DNA of 64,000 nucleotides from Minisyncoccota bacterium (GTDB lineage Bacteria > Patescibacteriota > Minisyncoccia > Phycocordibacterales > UBA2100): NCBI GenBank assembly GCA_035708165.1, contig DASSSZ010000001.1, positions 89,772 through 153,771 of the forward strand. The letters are read 5' to 3'. The position numbers and the translations under genes are program-made. Shown here piece after piece: positions 38,268 to 47,774 of this stretch. Below the pieces are notes generated by a model. That model saw only the letters and a list, made by a program, of their open reading frames with translations. It was not told where the DNA came from and did no database searches. How positions within the stretch are numbered: position 1 is the stretch's first letter; every line of letters begins with the position of its first letter.

Positions 38268-39386
38268 ATGGTCCGCTTGCGCACGCACATCGACCGGCAG
38301 CTCGCGCTGATCCTGCTTGCGATCGTCGTGCTCGGCCTCGTCATCTTCTTCTCCGCCGCTCTCGGACAGCTCGCGCGGACGGACCAGCCCATCACGACGA
38401 TCCTCTTCAGCCATCTCGTGCTCGGCGTAGGGATCGGCACCGTGCTCCTCCTCATCGCGGCGAGGGTGCCATACCGGCTGTACAAGAAAGCGGCGCCGTA
38501 CTTCTACGGCGGCTCGGTGCTGCTGACCGCGCTCACGCTCATCCCTGCGCTCTCGCTCTCGACAAAGGGCGCCTCCCGCTGGCTCATCATCGGCCCGCTC
38601 TCCGTGCAGCCTTCTGAGTTCCTCAAAATCGGCGTCATTGCGCTGCTCGCCTGGTATCTCACGACCTACCGCACGAAGCTGCGGGATTGGCGCTACGGGC
38701 TCGGCGGCTATCTTGCCATCCTTGCAGTCCCGGCGCTCCTGCTGCTCAAGCAGCCGGATACCGGCACGCTCGGCGTGATCGCGTTCACGACGCTCGCGAT
38801 GTTCTGGGCGGCAGGGGCGCAGTGGCGCCAGCTCGGCGCGCTCGCCGCGATCGGCATCGTGCTCCTCGCAGGGTTGGCGCTGGTGCGCCCGTACGTCCTG
38901 GAGCGCGTGACGACATTCCTGCACCCGAACGCGAACGGGCAGACGAGCGGATATCAGATCCAGCAGTCGCTGATCGCGATCGGCTCGGGCGGCATCACCG
39001 GACGCGGGCTGGGGCAGGGAATCCAGAAATTCTCGTACCTGCCTGAGCCGATGTCCGACTCAATCTTCGCGGTTGCCGGGGAGGAATTCGGCTTCATCGG
39101 CTGCCTCGTCATCGTCGGGCTCTTCGCTGCCTTCGCCATGCGCGGCTACCGCATCGCCACGCGCACGCCGGACCGCTTCGGCGCCCTCCTCGCGGTCGGC
39201 ATCGTGACCTACATCGCCGGCGAGGCGTTCATCAATATCGGGGCGATGCTCGGCATCCTGCCCCTGACGGGAATCCCGCTCATCTTCATCAGCCACGGCG
39301 GCTCCGCGATGCTGGTGGCGCTCGCGTCCGCGGGCGTGCTCCTCAATATCTCGAGCGCAGTGCGGCACGCCCCGGGCGAGGAATAG
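38268..39386 (+). CDS. ftsW: SEDS peptidoglycan polymerase FtsW
   Basis: GA.RW, QPSEF.K, QPD.G, GYQ..QS..A.GSGG..G.G.G, LPE..SD.IF, P.TG.PL. Confidence 0.92.
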   Translation: MVRLRTHIDRQLALILLAIVVLGLVIFFSAALGQLARTDQPITTILFSHLVLGVGIGTVLLLIAARVPYRLYKKAAPYFYGGSVLLTALTLIPALSLSTKGASRWLIIGPLSVQPSEFLKIGVIALLAWYLTTYRTKLRDWRYGLGGYLAILAVPALLLLKQPDTGTLGVIAFTTLAMFWAAGAQWRQLGALAAIGIVLLAGLALVRPYVLERVTTFLHPNANGQTSGYQIQQSLIAIGSGGITGRGLGQGIQKFSYLPEPMSDSIFAVAGEEFGFIGCLVIVGLFAAFAMRGYRIATRTPDRFGALLAVGIVTYIAGEAFINIGAMLGILPLTGIPLIFISHGGSAMLVALASAGVLLNISSAVRHAPGEE

Positions 39387-39433
39387 AGGCAAGGGAGGGC
39401 CATTCCGTGCTACACTGAAGCCATCATTCCGGT

Positions 39434-40573
39434 ATGAAGATCGTCCTGACAGGCGGGGGGAGCGGCGGGCATTTCTACCCGCTCATCGCGGTTGCCGAGC
39501 AGCTCCGCGCGCAGGCCGCGGAACGCAAGCTGCTCGATCCGGAGCTCATCTACCTGGGGCCCGAGCCCTTCGACCGCGAGGCGCTGATCGCGCAGGATAT
39601 CGCGTTCGCGAAGACGCCGGCCGGGAAGATGCGGCGCTATGCCTCCATCTTCAACGTCTTCGATGCATTCAAGACGCTCTTCGGCATCATCAAGTCCGTC
39701 TTCCAGCTCTACTCGCTCTACCCGGACGTCATCTTCAGCAAGGGCGGCTACGCCGCGTTCCCGACCATGGTCGCCGCGCGCGTCCTGCGCATCCCCGTCG
39801 TCATCCACGAATCGGATGCACATCCCGGGCGGAGCAACCTCTATGCGGCGAAGTTCGCTCGCGCGATCGGCATCGCGCACCCTGACGCCGCGCATGAGTT
39901 CCCGGAGCGGGTGCGCGATCGCATCGCGCTCGTCGGCAATCCGATCCGCCATGGTATCGAGCACCCGTCTCCTGCCGGCGGGCATGAGTTCCTGGATCTC
40001 CGCAATGACGTCCCGACACTCCTCGTCCTCGGCGGGTCGCAAGGCGCGCAGGCGATCAATGACACGATCATCGACGCCCTGCCGATCCTGGTCGAGCGCT
40101 ACAACGTCGTCCATCAGACCGGCAGCGCGCACCTCGAGGAAGTGAAGGGGCTCGCCCATGTGCGCCTGCGGGAAGGTCGATACGAGGAGCGCTACCGCGC
40201 CTACGGCCTTCTCAACGAGCTCGCGCTTCGCATGGCAGCCGGGATCGCGTCGCTCATCATCGCGCGCGCGGGCAGCGGGACAATCTTCGAGGTCGCGAGC
40301 TGGGGCATCCCGAGCATCCTCGTGCCGATCCCGGAGGACGTATCGCATGACCAGACCAAGAACGCATTCTCCTACGCGAGGAGCGGCGCGGCCGAGGTGA
40401 TGGAGCAGAAGAACCTGACCCCGCATCTCCTCATCGCGGAGGTGGATCGGATCATGGGCGATCCGGCGCTCCGGCAGCAGATGAGCGAAGCGGCGAAGGC
40501 GTTCGCGCGCCCGGACGCGGCTGCGAAGATCGCCCACGTCATCCTCGAGACGGCGCTCGAGCACGCGCAGTAA
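39434..40573 (+). CDS. murG: GlcNAc transferase MurG
   Basis: GGGSGGH.YP, KGGY, HE.D, GNP.R, GGSQGA, RAG, Q..NA. Confidence 0.96.
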   Translation: MKIVLTGGGSGGHFYPLIAVAEQLRAQAAERKLLDPELIYLGPEPFDREALIAQDIAFAKTPAGKMRRYASIFNVFDAFKTLFGIIKSVFQLYSLYPDVIFSKGGYAAFPTMVAARVLRIPVVIHESDAHPGRSNLYAAKFARAIGIAHPDAAHEFPERVRDRIALVGNPIRHGIEHPSPAGGHEFLDLRNDVPTLLVLGGSQGAQAINDTIIDALPILVERYNVVHQTGSAHLEEVKGLAHVRLREGRYEERYRAYGLLNELALRMAAGIASLIIARAGSGTIFEVASWGIPSILVPIPEDVSHDQTKNAFSYARSGAAEVMEQKNLTPHLLIAEVDRIMGDPALRQQMSEAAKAFARPDAAAKIAHVILETALEHAQ

Positions 40574-40577
40574 GCAT

Positions 40578-41927
40578 ATGGCAGACGAGATCCGCACACG
40601 CATCGCCCCGTCGCCGACCGGGTATCTCCACTTCGGGACCGCGCGTTCGGCGCTATTCAATTACCTCTTCGCGAAGCAATCCGGCGGCATGTTCATCCTG
40701 CGTGTCGAGGATACCGACACGTCGCGCAACCGGCCCGAGTACGATGCCGATATCCTCGATTCGCTCAATTGGCTCGGGCTTGCAGCGGACCGGACCTTCC
40801 GGCAATCCGAGGCGCTCCCGGCGCACCAGGCGGCGTTGCGCGCCATGATCGAAGCCGATCGCGCCTACGTCTCGAAGGAGCCCGCCAAGGACGACCCGTC
40901 GCGAACCGTCGAAGTGATCCGGCTGCGCAACCCGGGGACGAAGATCACGTTCACCGACCTCATCCGCGGCGATATCACTTTCGACACCGGCGAGCTCGGC
41001 GATTTCGTCATCGCGCGCTCGATGAACGAGCCGCTCTACCACCTCGCGGTCGTCGTCGATGATCACGACGCCGGCATCACGCACGTCATCCGCGGCGAGG
41101 ATCACATCTCGAACACGCCGCGCCAGATCCTCATCCAGGAGGCGCTCGGCTACGCGCGGCCCCAGTACGCGCACATCCCGCTCATCCTCGCTCCGGACCG
41201 CAGCAAGATGAGCAAGCGCAAGCACGAGACCTCGCTGCTGCAATTCCGCGCGCGCGGCTACCTGCCGGAAGCCATGGTCAACTACCTCGCGCTCCTCGGG
41301 TGGCATCCCGACGATGACCAGGAGCTCTTCACGCTGCCGGAGCTCGTCTGCGCGTTCGACCTCTCCCGCATCCAGAAGGGCGGCGCCGTGTTCGACCCCG
41401 ATAAGCTCCGCTGGTTCAATAAGCAGTACTTGGGACAGAAGAGCGACGCCGAATTCGCATACGAAGCCGCCGCCGTCCTCAAGGAAGCGCTCGCCGCACG
41501 CGGCGTGGCGTGGCAGCAGGATACCGGCGAGCGCCTGGCACCCCTTCTGCGCGAGCGCGTGAGCGTCTGGGAGGACCTGCGCGCCGAAGCCGAGGCAGGG
41601 GAGTATGACTATTTCTTCGCGCCGCCCGCTCTCGACGCATCCATCCTGCCAGGCAAGCATGCGAGCGCACAGGAAGCTGCGGCGCACCTTTCGCACGCCG
41701 ATCAGCTCCTCAGCTCGCTCAGCCACGACGATTACGCCGCGGAGGTGATCAAGGAAGCGATCTGGCCGTATGCCGAGGAGCAGGGCAGGGGAGCCGTGCT
41801 CTGGCCGCTGCGCTATGCCCTCTCCGGACGCGAGCGCTCGCCTGATCCCTTCACGATCATCGCCGCCATCGGCGTCTCCGATGCGCGCGCGCGCATCAAG
41901 GCAGCGATATCGCTTCTGGTACAATAA
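40578..41927 (+). CDS. gltX: Glutamate--tRNA ligase
   Basis: APSPTG.LH.G, LR.EDTD, THVIRGEDH..NT, KMSKR. Confidence 0.97.
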   Translation: MADEIRTRIAPSPTGYLHFGTARSALFNYLFAKQSGGMFILRVEDTDTSRNRPEYDADILDSLNWLGLAADRTFRQSEALPAHQAALRAMIEADRAYVSKEPAKDDPSRTVEVIRLRNPGTKITFTDLIRGDITFDTGELGDFVIARSMNEPLYHLAVVVDDHDAGITHVIRGEDHISNTPRQILIQEALGYARPQYAHIPLILAPDRSKMSKRKHETSLLQFRARGYLPEAMVNYLALLGWHPDDDQELFTLPELVCAFDLSRIQKGGAVFDPDKLRWFNKQYLGQKSDAEFAYEAAAVLKEALAARGVAWQQDTGERLAPLLRERVSVWEDLRAEAEAGEYDYFFAPPALDASILPGKHASAQEAAAHLSHADQLLSSLSHDDYAAEVIKEAIWPYAEEQGRGAVLWPLRYALSGRERSPDPFTIIAAIGVSDARARIKAAISLLVQ

Positions 41928-41932
41928 GCGGC

Positions 41933-43153
41933 ATGTCCGCGATCCGTTTCCGATTGGCCGCCTCTGCCGCGCTGATTGCCTGCCTCATGCCGCTTGGCAT
42001 CGCGCGCGGAGCGCTTGCGGCAAGCGCGAGCGATATCACCTCGCAGATCGCGCAGCTGAACGCGAAGATCGCGCAGTACGAAGCAGAGATCAAGCAGGCC
42101 GGCGCCGATAAGAAGACGCTCCAAGCGGCGATCGATTCGCTCGACCTTTCGCGCAAGAAGCTGGAGTCGCAGGTCTCCCTCGTGCAGGCGCAGATCGCGA
42201 AGACGCAGGGCACCATCGACGATCTCGATCAGCAGATCAACGAGACCGAGGCCATCGTTGAGCAGGGCCAGCAAGGGCTCGCGGAGACGATCCGCGCAGT
42301 CGCGCAGGCCGATGACGACACGCTCGTCCTGCAGCTCCTCTCATCCGGGAGCCTGGCATCCGCATGGAGCAACTTCGACGCTGACGGCAGCGTCGAGGAT
42401 GCGATCCGTACGCAAGTCGACGCGCTCGAGCAGCAGGAGCTCACGCTCGCGACGCAAAAGACGCAGCAGGAGCGCCAGCAGGAGACGCTAGCCGACCAGC
42501 GCTCCTCCCTGAAGAGCCAGCAGGCGACGCTCGCGCAGACCGAGGCTTCGAAAGCGGACCTCCTGACCGAGACGGAAGGGAAGGAATCGAAATACGAGCA
42601 GCTGCTCGCTTCCGCGCAGGCGGAGCTCGCGAGCTTCTCGAAGTTCGCGCAGAATGCCGGCGGCTCGGGCATCGTCGGCGAGCAGACGGTCTGCGATGCC
42701 TGGGGCTGCTACTACAACCAGCGCGATGCCGCCTGGGGCACGATGGCGCTCGACGGGACCTCGTATAAGCTCGCGAGCGATGGCTGCCTCGTGACCGCGA
42801 TGGCGATGGTCATGACGCACTACGGCTACCGCGACGTGACTCCGATCACCATCAACAGCAACCCTTCCAACTTCGCCTCGTACGCCCCTGCGTACCTGCT
42901 CAATTCGATCGTCGTCGACGGGGTGACCGCGACGCGCACAACCGCGAGCATCGATGCGACGCTCGCGGGGGGCGACCCGGTCATCGTGGGGCTGCATGCC
43001 TACGGCGGTACGCACTTCGTCGTGCTCGTCTCAGGGAGCAAGGGGAACTACGTGATGCGCGACCCGTACATCTCGAACGGCAAGGACATCAGCTTCTCCG
43101 CGCACTACTCGATGGACGAGATCTACGAGGTAGGGAAGGTCGTCATCAGCTAG
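41933..43153 (+). CDS. Secreted coiled-coil + C39-like cysteine peptidase
   Basis: Signal peptide, long heptad region, YYNQ.D..W...GC..TA.AM...HFVV...DP. Confidence 0.8.
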   Translation: MSAIRFRLAASAALIACLMPLGIARGALAASASDITSQIAQLNAKIAQYEAEIKQAGADKKTLQAAIDSLDLSRKKLESQVSLVQAQIAKTQGTIDDLDQQINETEAIVEQGQQGLAETIRAVAQADDDTLVLQLLSSGSLASAWSNFDADGSVEDAIRTQVDALEQQELTLATQKTQQERQQETLADQRSSLKSQQATLAQTEASKADLLTETEGKESKYEQLLASAQAELASFSKFAQNAGGSGIVGEQTVCDAWGCYYNQRDAAWGTMALDGTSYKLASDGCLVTAMAMVMTHYGYRDVTPITINSNPSNFASYAPAYLLNSIVVDGVTATRTTASIDATLAGGDPVIVGLHAYGGTHFVVLVSGSKGNYVMRDPYISNGKDISFSAHYSMDEIYEVGKVVIS

Positions 43154-43154
43154 C

Positions 43155-44495
43155 ATGCAGGGAGGGAAGCGGACATACCGGGCATGTGCCCGTATCGCGG
43201 CAGCACTCTGCGCCATCCTGCTCGCCATGCCGGCCGCAGCATTCGCCGCTGCGGCCACCACGACGGCGAGCGGCATCCAGCAGCAGATCGATGATCACAA
43301 CGCACAGATCGCGCAGCTCAAGGCGCAGATCGCCCAGTATCAATCCGAACTCGACGCCACGACCGAGCAGAAGCAGACGCTTCAGAGCGCTCTCGATCAG
43401 CTCGACCTCTCGCGGCGCAAGATCAGCGCGCAGGTCTCCGTCGCGCAGAACCAGATCAGCGCGACGCAGCTCGAGATCACGCAGCTCGGCGGCACGATCG
43501 ACGATACGCAGGCTTCGATCGAGACGGAGAACGAAGGCCTCGCGCAATCGCTCCGCGCGCTCAATGAGAGCGACCGGGAGCCGCTCGCGCTCATGGTGTT
43601 CGGGGCCGATTCCCTGAGCGATATCTGGGAGGATGCGGACGCGATCGCGCAATTCGAGGATCACCTGCAGGCGCAGATCCAGACGCTCGCCGCGAACAAG
43701 GCGGATCTCGAGGACGCGAAGGCGAAGTCCGAGGCGAAGCAGCAGCAGCTCATCGCGGCGAAGAACGATCTCACGGATCAGGAGCACGCGCTCGACGTGA
43801 ACCGTTCGCAGCAGGCGGCGCTTCTCGCGCAGACGAAGGACAAGGAGTCGAATTACCAGCAGCTGATCGCGCAGAAGAAGGCCGCCGAAGCCCAATTCGA
43901 GGATGAGCTCACCGACCTCGAGTCGAAGCTCCAGTACACGCTCAATCCCGCGACCATCCCGACGCGCGGCACCGCTGTGCTCTCCTGGCCCCTGGACCAC
44001 ATCCGGGTCACGCAGTACTTCGGCGATACGGATTTCTCGCGGACGGGCGCCTACGACGGCAAGGGACACAACGGCGTGGACTTCGCCGCTGCGATCGGCA
44101 CGCCGGTCTATGCGGCGGCGGACGGCGTCGTCGCCGATACGGGCAACACCGACAAGGGCGGCTGCTACTCGTACGGCAAGTGGATCCTCCTGCAGTATCC
44201 GGACGGCCTCTCATCCATCTACGGCCATCTTTCCGAGATCGACGTCGCCCCGGGCCAGGCGGTCGCAGACGGCCAGCGGATCGGCTACTCGGGCTTTACC
44301 GGCTACGCGACGGGGCCGCACCTCCACTTCGGCCTCTTCGTCACTGATGCCGTGAAGGTCATGAACCTGGGGACCTGGTATGCGCAGGAGGGCGCGGATG
44401 ACACGACGCCGTGCGCGAAGGCGGGCGTCTCGATCCCGGTCGCCCCGCTCAACGGCTACCTCAACCCGCTCGACTATCTCCCGAAGCTCTCCTAG
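43155..44495 (+). CDS. Secreted coiled-coil + M23 peptidoglycan endopeptidase
   Basis: HNGVD, GTPV.A...G, YGHLS, TG.ATGPHLH. Confidence 0.9.
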   Translation: MQGGKRTYRACARIAAALCAILLAMPAAAFAAAATTTASGIQQQIDDHNAQIAQLKAQIAQYQSELDATTEQKQTLQSALDQLDLSRRKISAQVSVAQNQISATQLEITQLGGTIDDTQASIETENEGLAQSLRALNESDREPLALMVFGADSLSDIWEDADAIAQFEDHLQAQIQTLAANKADLEDAKAKSEAKQQQLIAAKNDLTDQEHALDVNRSQQAALLAQTKDKESNYQQLIAQKKAAEAQFEDELTDLESKLQYTLNPATIPTRGTAVLSWPLDHIRVTQYFGDTDFSRTGAYDGKGHNGVDFAAAIGTPVYAAADGVVADTGNTDKGGCYSYGKWILLQYPDGLSSIYGHLSEIDVAPGQAVADGQRIGYSGFTGYATGPHLHFGLFVTDAVKVMNLGTWYAQEGADDTTPCAKAGVSIPVAPLNGYLNPLDYLPKLS

Positions 44496-44564
44496 CCTCC
44501 GTGTCCTCGCGCGGCTTCCCCGCCGATACTTGACATTTTCATATTTCATTGTGTTTGCTATTCA

Positions 44565-44792
44565 TGCCGAGGCAGGGGAGTCAGGCGCTAGGGCATCGTC
44601 ATGGCTCTCTGTACGCGGCCTGAGAGGCCAGGCGGGGCCGATGGCGGCCTGTGGGGGCTGCGAGCCGTAGACGGCGCCGCAAAGGAGCGGCAAGCCTGAA
44701 GCCGGTGCCGGCGCGCCGAGCAAGAAGCGCGCACAAGAATGCAGAGCGATGAAGCGAAGGACATAGGAGCTCCTATGGCCGTTTTCTTTTTT
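44565..44792 (+). ncRNA. Candidate multi-hairpin structured RNA
   Basis: No convincing ORF; several short GC stems; terminal palindrome 44762-44777 followed by a T tract. Confidence 0.3.
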
Positions 44793-44866
44793 CAGACGGG
44801 AGGGAAGGGCTGCCCGAAGCATCATGCGGATCCATGGGCCATCCATGGCTGAATCGTTATCCCCAT

Positions 44867-44894
44867 ATTTCGCTTTACATATATTGTGCGAAGT
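44867..44894. other. dif: dif-like Xer recombination site (11-6-11)
   Basis: ATTTCGCTTTA-CATATA-TTGTGCGAAGT just upstream of the Xer gene; gene-strand and GGGNAGGG polarity flip here. Confidence 0.65.
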
Positions 44895-44908
44895 TATAGC
44901 ATTTGAAT

Positions 44909-45892
44909 ATGACTCTCCGTAAAAGCACGACGCCTATCGCCGAATACGTCCTCCCCTTCCTCGATTACTGCGAAGTCGAGAAGGGATTGTCGAACAACAC
45001 GCAGCGCAATTACCAGCAGTACCTGAAGCTCTTCGTCGGCTGGCTCCAGTCGATCGGAAAGCCGGACCTGTTGCCGCACGAGCTGACTGCCGATCACATC
45101 TGGGACTACCGCCTCTATCTCGCCCGCACGTACAAGACGAAGGCTGGCGATTACCTCGGCAAGAAGTCTCAGAACTATTACCTGATCGCGCTTCGCGCGC
45201 TGCTCGACTTCCTGGCTGATAGGGACATCGAGACGCTCCCCTCCTCGAAGGTGAAGCTCGCGAAGCAGAAGGCGGAAGGCACGCTCGTCTTTCTCGACAT
45301 CAACGACGTGGAAGCGATGCTCGCCGTGCCGGACACGAAGACCACCGCCGGCATCCGCGATCGCGCGATCATGGAGCTGTTCTTCAGCTCAGGCATGCGC
45401 ATCTCCGAGCTGACGGCGCTCAACGTAGATCAGGTCTCCTTCCTCAAGGACGGGAGCACCACGCGCACCTACGAGCTTTCGATCATCGGCAAGGGCAAGC
45501 GCATCCGCACGATCTTCATCTCGCCGCGCGCGGCGCATTGGCTGCGTGCATATCTGGGAGCGCGCAAGGATATGGCGAAGCCGCTCTTCGTGAACCAGAA
45601 GCCGAAGAACAAGGAGGACGACCGCCGCCTCTCTCCCCGCTCGATCCAGCTCATGATCAGCAGGACGGCGATCCTCGCCGGCCTCTCGAAGAAAGTGACG
45701 CCGCACACGCTGCGCCATTCATACGCGACCGATCTCCTCGCCCACGGGGCGGATCTCCGTTCGGTCCAGGAGCTCTTAGGGCACCAGAACGTCGCCACGA
45801 CGCAGATCTACACGCACGTGACGAATAAGCGCCTGCGCGAGATCTACGAGAAGTACCACGGCAATGCAGACGGCGGCGCGCAACGGAGCTGA
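44909..45892 (+). CDS. XerC/XerD-family tyrosine recombinase
   Basis: EKGLS.NT..NY, RD.A..E...SSG.R.SE, GKG, HTLRH, LLGH..V.TTQIYTH; promoter TTTACA-N17-TAGCAT 6 nt before ATG. Confidence 0.95.
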   Translation: MTLRKSTTPIAEYVLPFLDYCEVEKGLSNNTQRNYQQYLKLFVGWLQSIGKPDLLPHELTADHIWDYRLYLARTYKTKAGDYLGKKSQNYYLIALRALLDFLADRDIETLPSSKVKLAKQKAEGTLVFLDINDVEAMLAVPDTKTTAGIRDRAIMELFFSSGMRISELTALNVDQVSFLKDGSTTRTYELSIIGKGKRIRTIFISPRAAHWLRAYLGARKDMAKPLFVNQKPKNKEDDRRLSPRSIQLMISRTAILAGLSKKVTPHTLRHSYATDLLAHGADLRSVQELLGHQNVATTQIYTHVTNKRLREIYEKYHGNADGGAQRS

Positions 45893-45923
45893 GGGGAGAG
45901 GGCCTGCGGGTCCCCCTGCCCTG

Positions 45924-46520
45924 CTAGGAGCGCCACGGGATATCGAAGCGATAGAACTCCGGCAGGAGTTTCGTACCGTAGAGCAGCCGCGAGATGACTT
46001 CGGCATGGCAGAGCGCGCCCGTGAGCGCATTATGCGGCATCGGCTCTTCCGGGATGCCGCAGTAGACGAGGATCGCATCGAGGTCGAGCGCGGAGCGATG
46101 GCGTTCGGCATCGATGGGCGGCGTCTGCCCGCGCTTCACCATGTGCATCCAGCACAGCGAATGCGTATCGATCGTGCGGTACGCGAGGTCCCACGCATGG
46201 CTGGCGCGCTCGCACGCCGCTCTCGTGAAGTCGCGATCGAACGAGACGTTCTGCCCGGCGAGCGTGCGATCAGCGAACTGCTCGGACCACGCCATGAATT
46301 CGGCGATGAGCTCCCCTTCTGCCGGCTTCGCAGGGTCCGTGATCTCTTCCTGCGTGAAGCCGTTCACCTCGAGCGCCTCTTCCATGATATGCGCGCCGTC
46401 CCAGATGCGGCACTCCATATAGAACCGCGTAGCAGGATTCTCGAGCGAGAGCGCGCCCAAGGAGACGATCGAGTGCTTTTCGTAATTCGTGCCGGACGCT
46501 TCGACATCGATGACGAGCAT
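45924..46520 (-). CDS. DEDDh-family 3'-5' exonuclease
   Basis: IDVEASG, QN..FD, IDT, HNALTGA. Confidence 0.85.
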   Translation of the reverse strand: MLVIDVEASGTNYEKHSIVSLGALSLENPATRFYMECRIWDGAHIMEEALEVNGFTQEEITDPAKPAEGELIAEFMAWSEQFADRTLAGQNVSFDRDFTRAACERASHAWDLAYRTIDTHSLCWMHMVKRGQTPPIDAERHRSALDLDAILVYCGIPEEPMPHNALTGALCHAEVISRLLYGTKLLPEFYRFDIPWRS

Positions 46521-46540
46521 GACTCCCGCAGTGTAGCACG

Positions 46541-46930
46541 CTACTGCGCGAGCCCGGTGCAGTTGGCGGCTGGCGCATAGCCCGCATCCCTGGCAGCGGC
46601 TTCGGAGTCGAACCAGACGAGATTCGCGGCTGCGATCGACTTCGCTCCCCCGCACCACGGATAGTAGTAGACATGCCCATGCGCGCTCGCGACGAACTGC
46701 CCGCCCGGCGGGATGGCCGTGGGGTTCGTCGTGGTGGGAGCCATATGCATGGCGATGCCGCTCCCCTGCCCTGCCTCGGCCGTGACGGAAAGCCTACCTA
46801 GGCCGAACGCGCCGAAGCCCACGAGGAGCATCGCCGCGATCACGAGCGCATCGGCCCCGGCCTGGCTATCGAGGGATCCGCGCGCCTGGGCCTTGATTCT
46901 CCTGCCGAATTCGCGTATACTTTCGCCCAC
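46541..46930 (-). CDS. Membrane-anchored protein with an Ada-like metal-binding C-terminal domain
   Basis: TM helix (FGLGRLS); FVAS..G..YY.PWC..A..I...N..WF.S...A...GY....C; GTG start 6 nt after TATACT. Confidence 0.7.
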   Translation of the reverse strand: MGESIREFGRRIKAQARGSLDSQAGADALVIAAMLLVGFGAFGLGRLSVTAEAGQGSGIAMHMAPTTTNPTAIPPGGQFVASAHGHVYYYPWCGGAKSIAAANLVWFDSEAAARDAGYAPAANCTGLAQ

Positions 46931-46946
46931 ATAGAGAGTATACCGT

Positions 46947-47225
46947 ATGGCACATCGCAAGGCTGGAGGAAGCGCTAAAAACCTCACTGATTCGAACGCT
47001 CAATACCTGGGCGTGAAGCTTTCGGACGGCATGGCCGCCAAGATCGGCTCGGTCATCGTCCGTCAGCGCGGCACCAAGATCGTCGCCGGAAAGAATGTCG
47101 GCGTCGGCAAGGATCACACCCTGTTCGCCCTCGTTGAGGGGCTGGTGCGCTTCGGCAGCGTCCGCAAGACTGATTTCACCGGCAAGGTCACGACCCGCAA
47201 GAAGGTCGACGTCCTTGCCGCCTAA
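46947..47225 (+). CDS. rpmA: 50S ribosomal protein L27
   Basis: MAH.KAGGS..N..DS....[20 protein letters not shown]. Confidence 0.98.
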   Translation: MAHRKAGGSAKNLTDSNAQYLGVKLSDGMAAKIGSVIVRQRGTKIVAGKNVGVGKDHTLFALVEGLVRFGSVRKTDFTGKVTTRKKVDVLAA

Positions 47226-47294
47226 GCCTCCTCTCCCCTTCGGAATGATTGCAGCCGCCCTCTGGGCGGCTGCATGCCTTCACCTCAATGACGG

Positions 47295-47723
47295 TCATCC
47301 CTGCGCCGTGACGAGGAGCGTCACGCTCGCTTTGGCCTTCCCGGCCGAAAGCGCGATCACGTGCTCGCCGAGCTCTTTGATCGGCTCTGCATGCGTGATC
47401 GCGGAAGCCGGCACGCCGATCGCTTCCGCGATCTTCGCCGCATCCAGCTTCTGGTAGAGATGCCCGGTCGGGTCCGCCTTGGCAGCTAGCTCGACTCGCG
47501 TGCCATCGAGCCCGCGCACGCGCGCCGCGAGCGCCTCGGCCGAGGCAGCATTCGCTGCTTCGCTCTCCGCCATCTTCGCCTTGATCGCGGCCACCTTGGC
47601 CGGCGTCGCCGCTTCTGCCAGGCCGCGCGGCAGCAGCATGTTCTGGGCGTAGCCGTCGGAGACTTCCTTCACCTCGCCGCGGCGGCCCTGCTTGGCGACA
47701 TCCTTGAGAAAAATCACCTGCAT
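47295..47723 (-). CDS. rplI: 50S ribosomal protein L9
   Basis: VI.L.DV...G..G....V..GYA.N.L.P, PIK.LG. Confidence 0.96.
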   Translation of the reverse strand: MQVIFLKDVAKQGRRGEVKEVSDGYAQNMLLPRGLAEAATPAKVAAIKAKMAESEAANAASAEALAARVRGLDGTRVELAAKADPTGHLYQKLDAAKIAEAIGVPASAITHAEPIKELGEHVIALSAGKAKASVTLLVTAQG

Positions 47724-47774
47724 ACGGGCAGTCTAGCACACCAGCCGCCCTGCAGGAACGCCGGCGTGGATAGG

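Noticed and set aside
44562-44846. 94-aa minus-strand ORF in the M23-xer gap
   Set aside because: No motifs and atypical composition; it crosses a hairpin-rich region that ends in a plus-strand terminator.
44909-45892. Prophage or integron integrase
   Set aside because: XerC/D-type sequence with housekeeping neighbours; no phage genes and no attC array.
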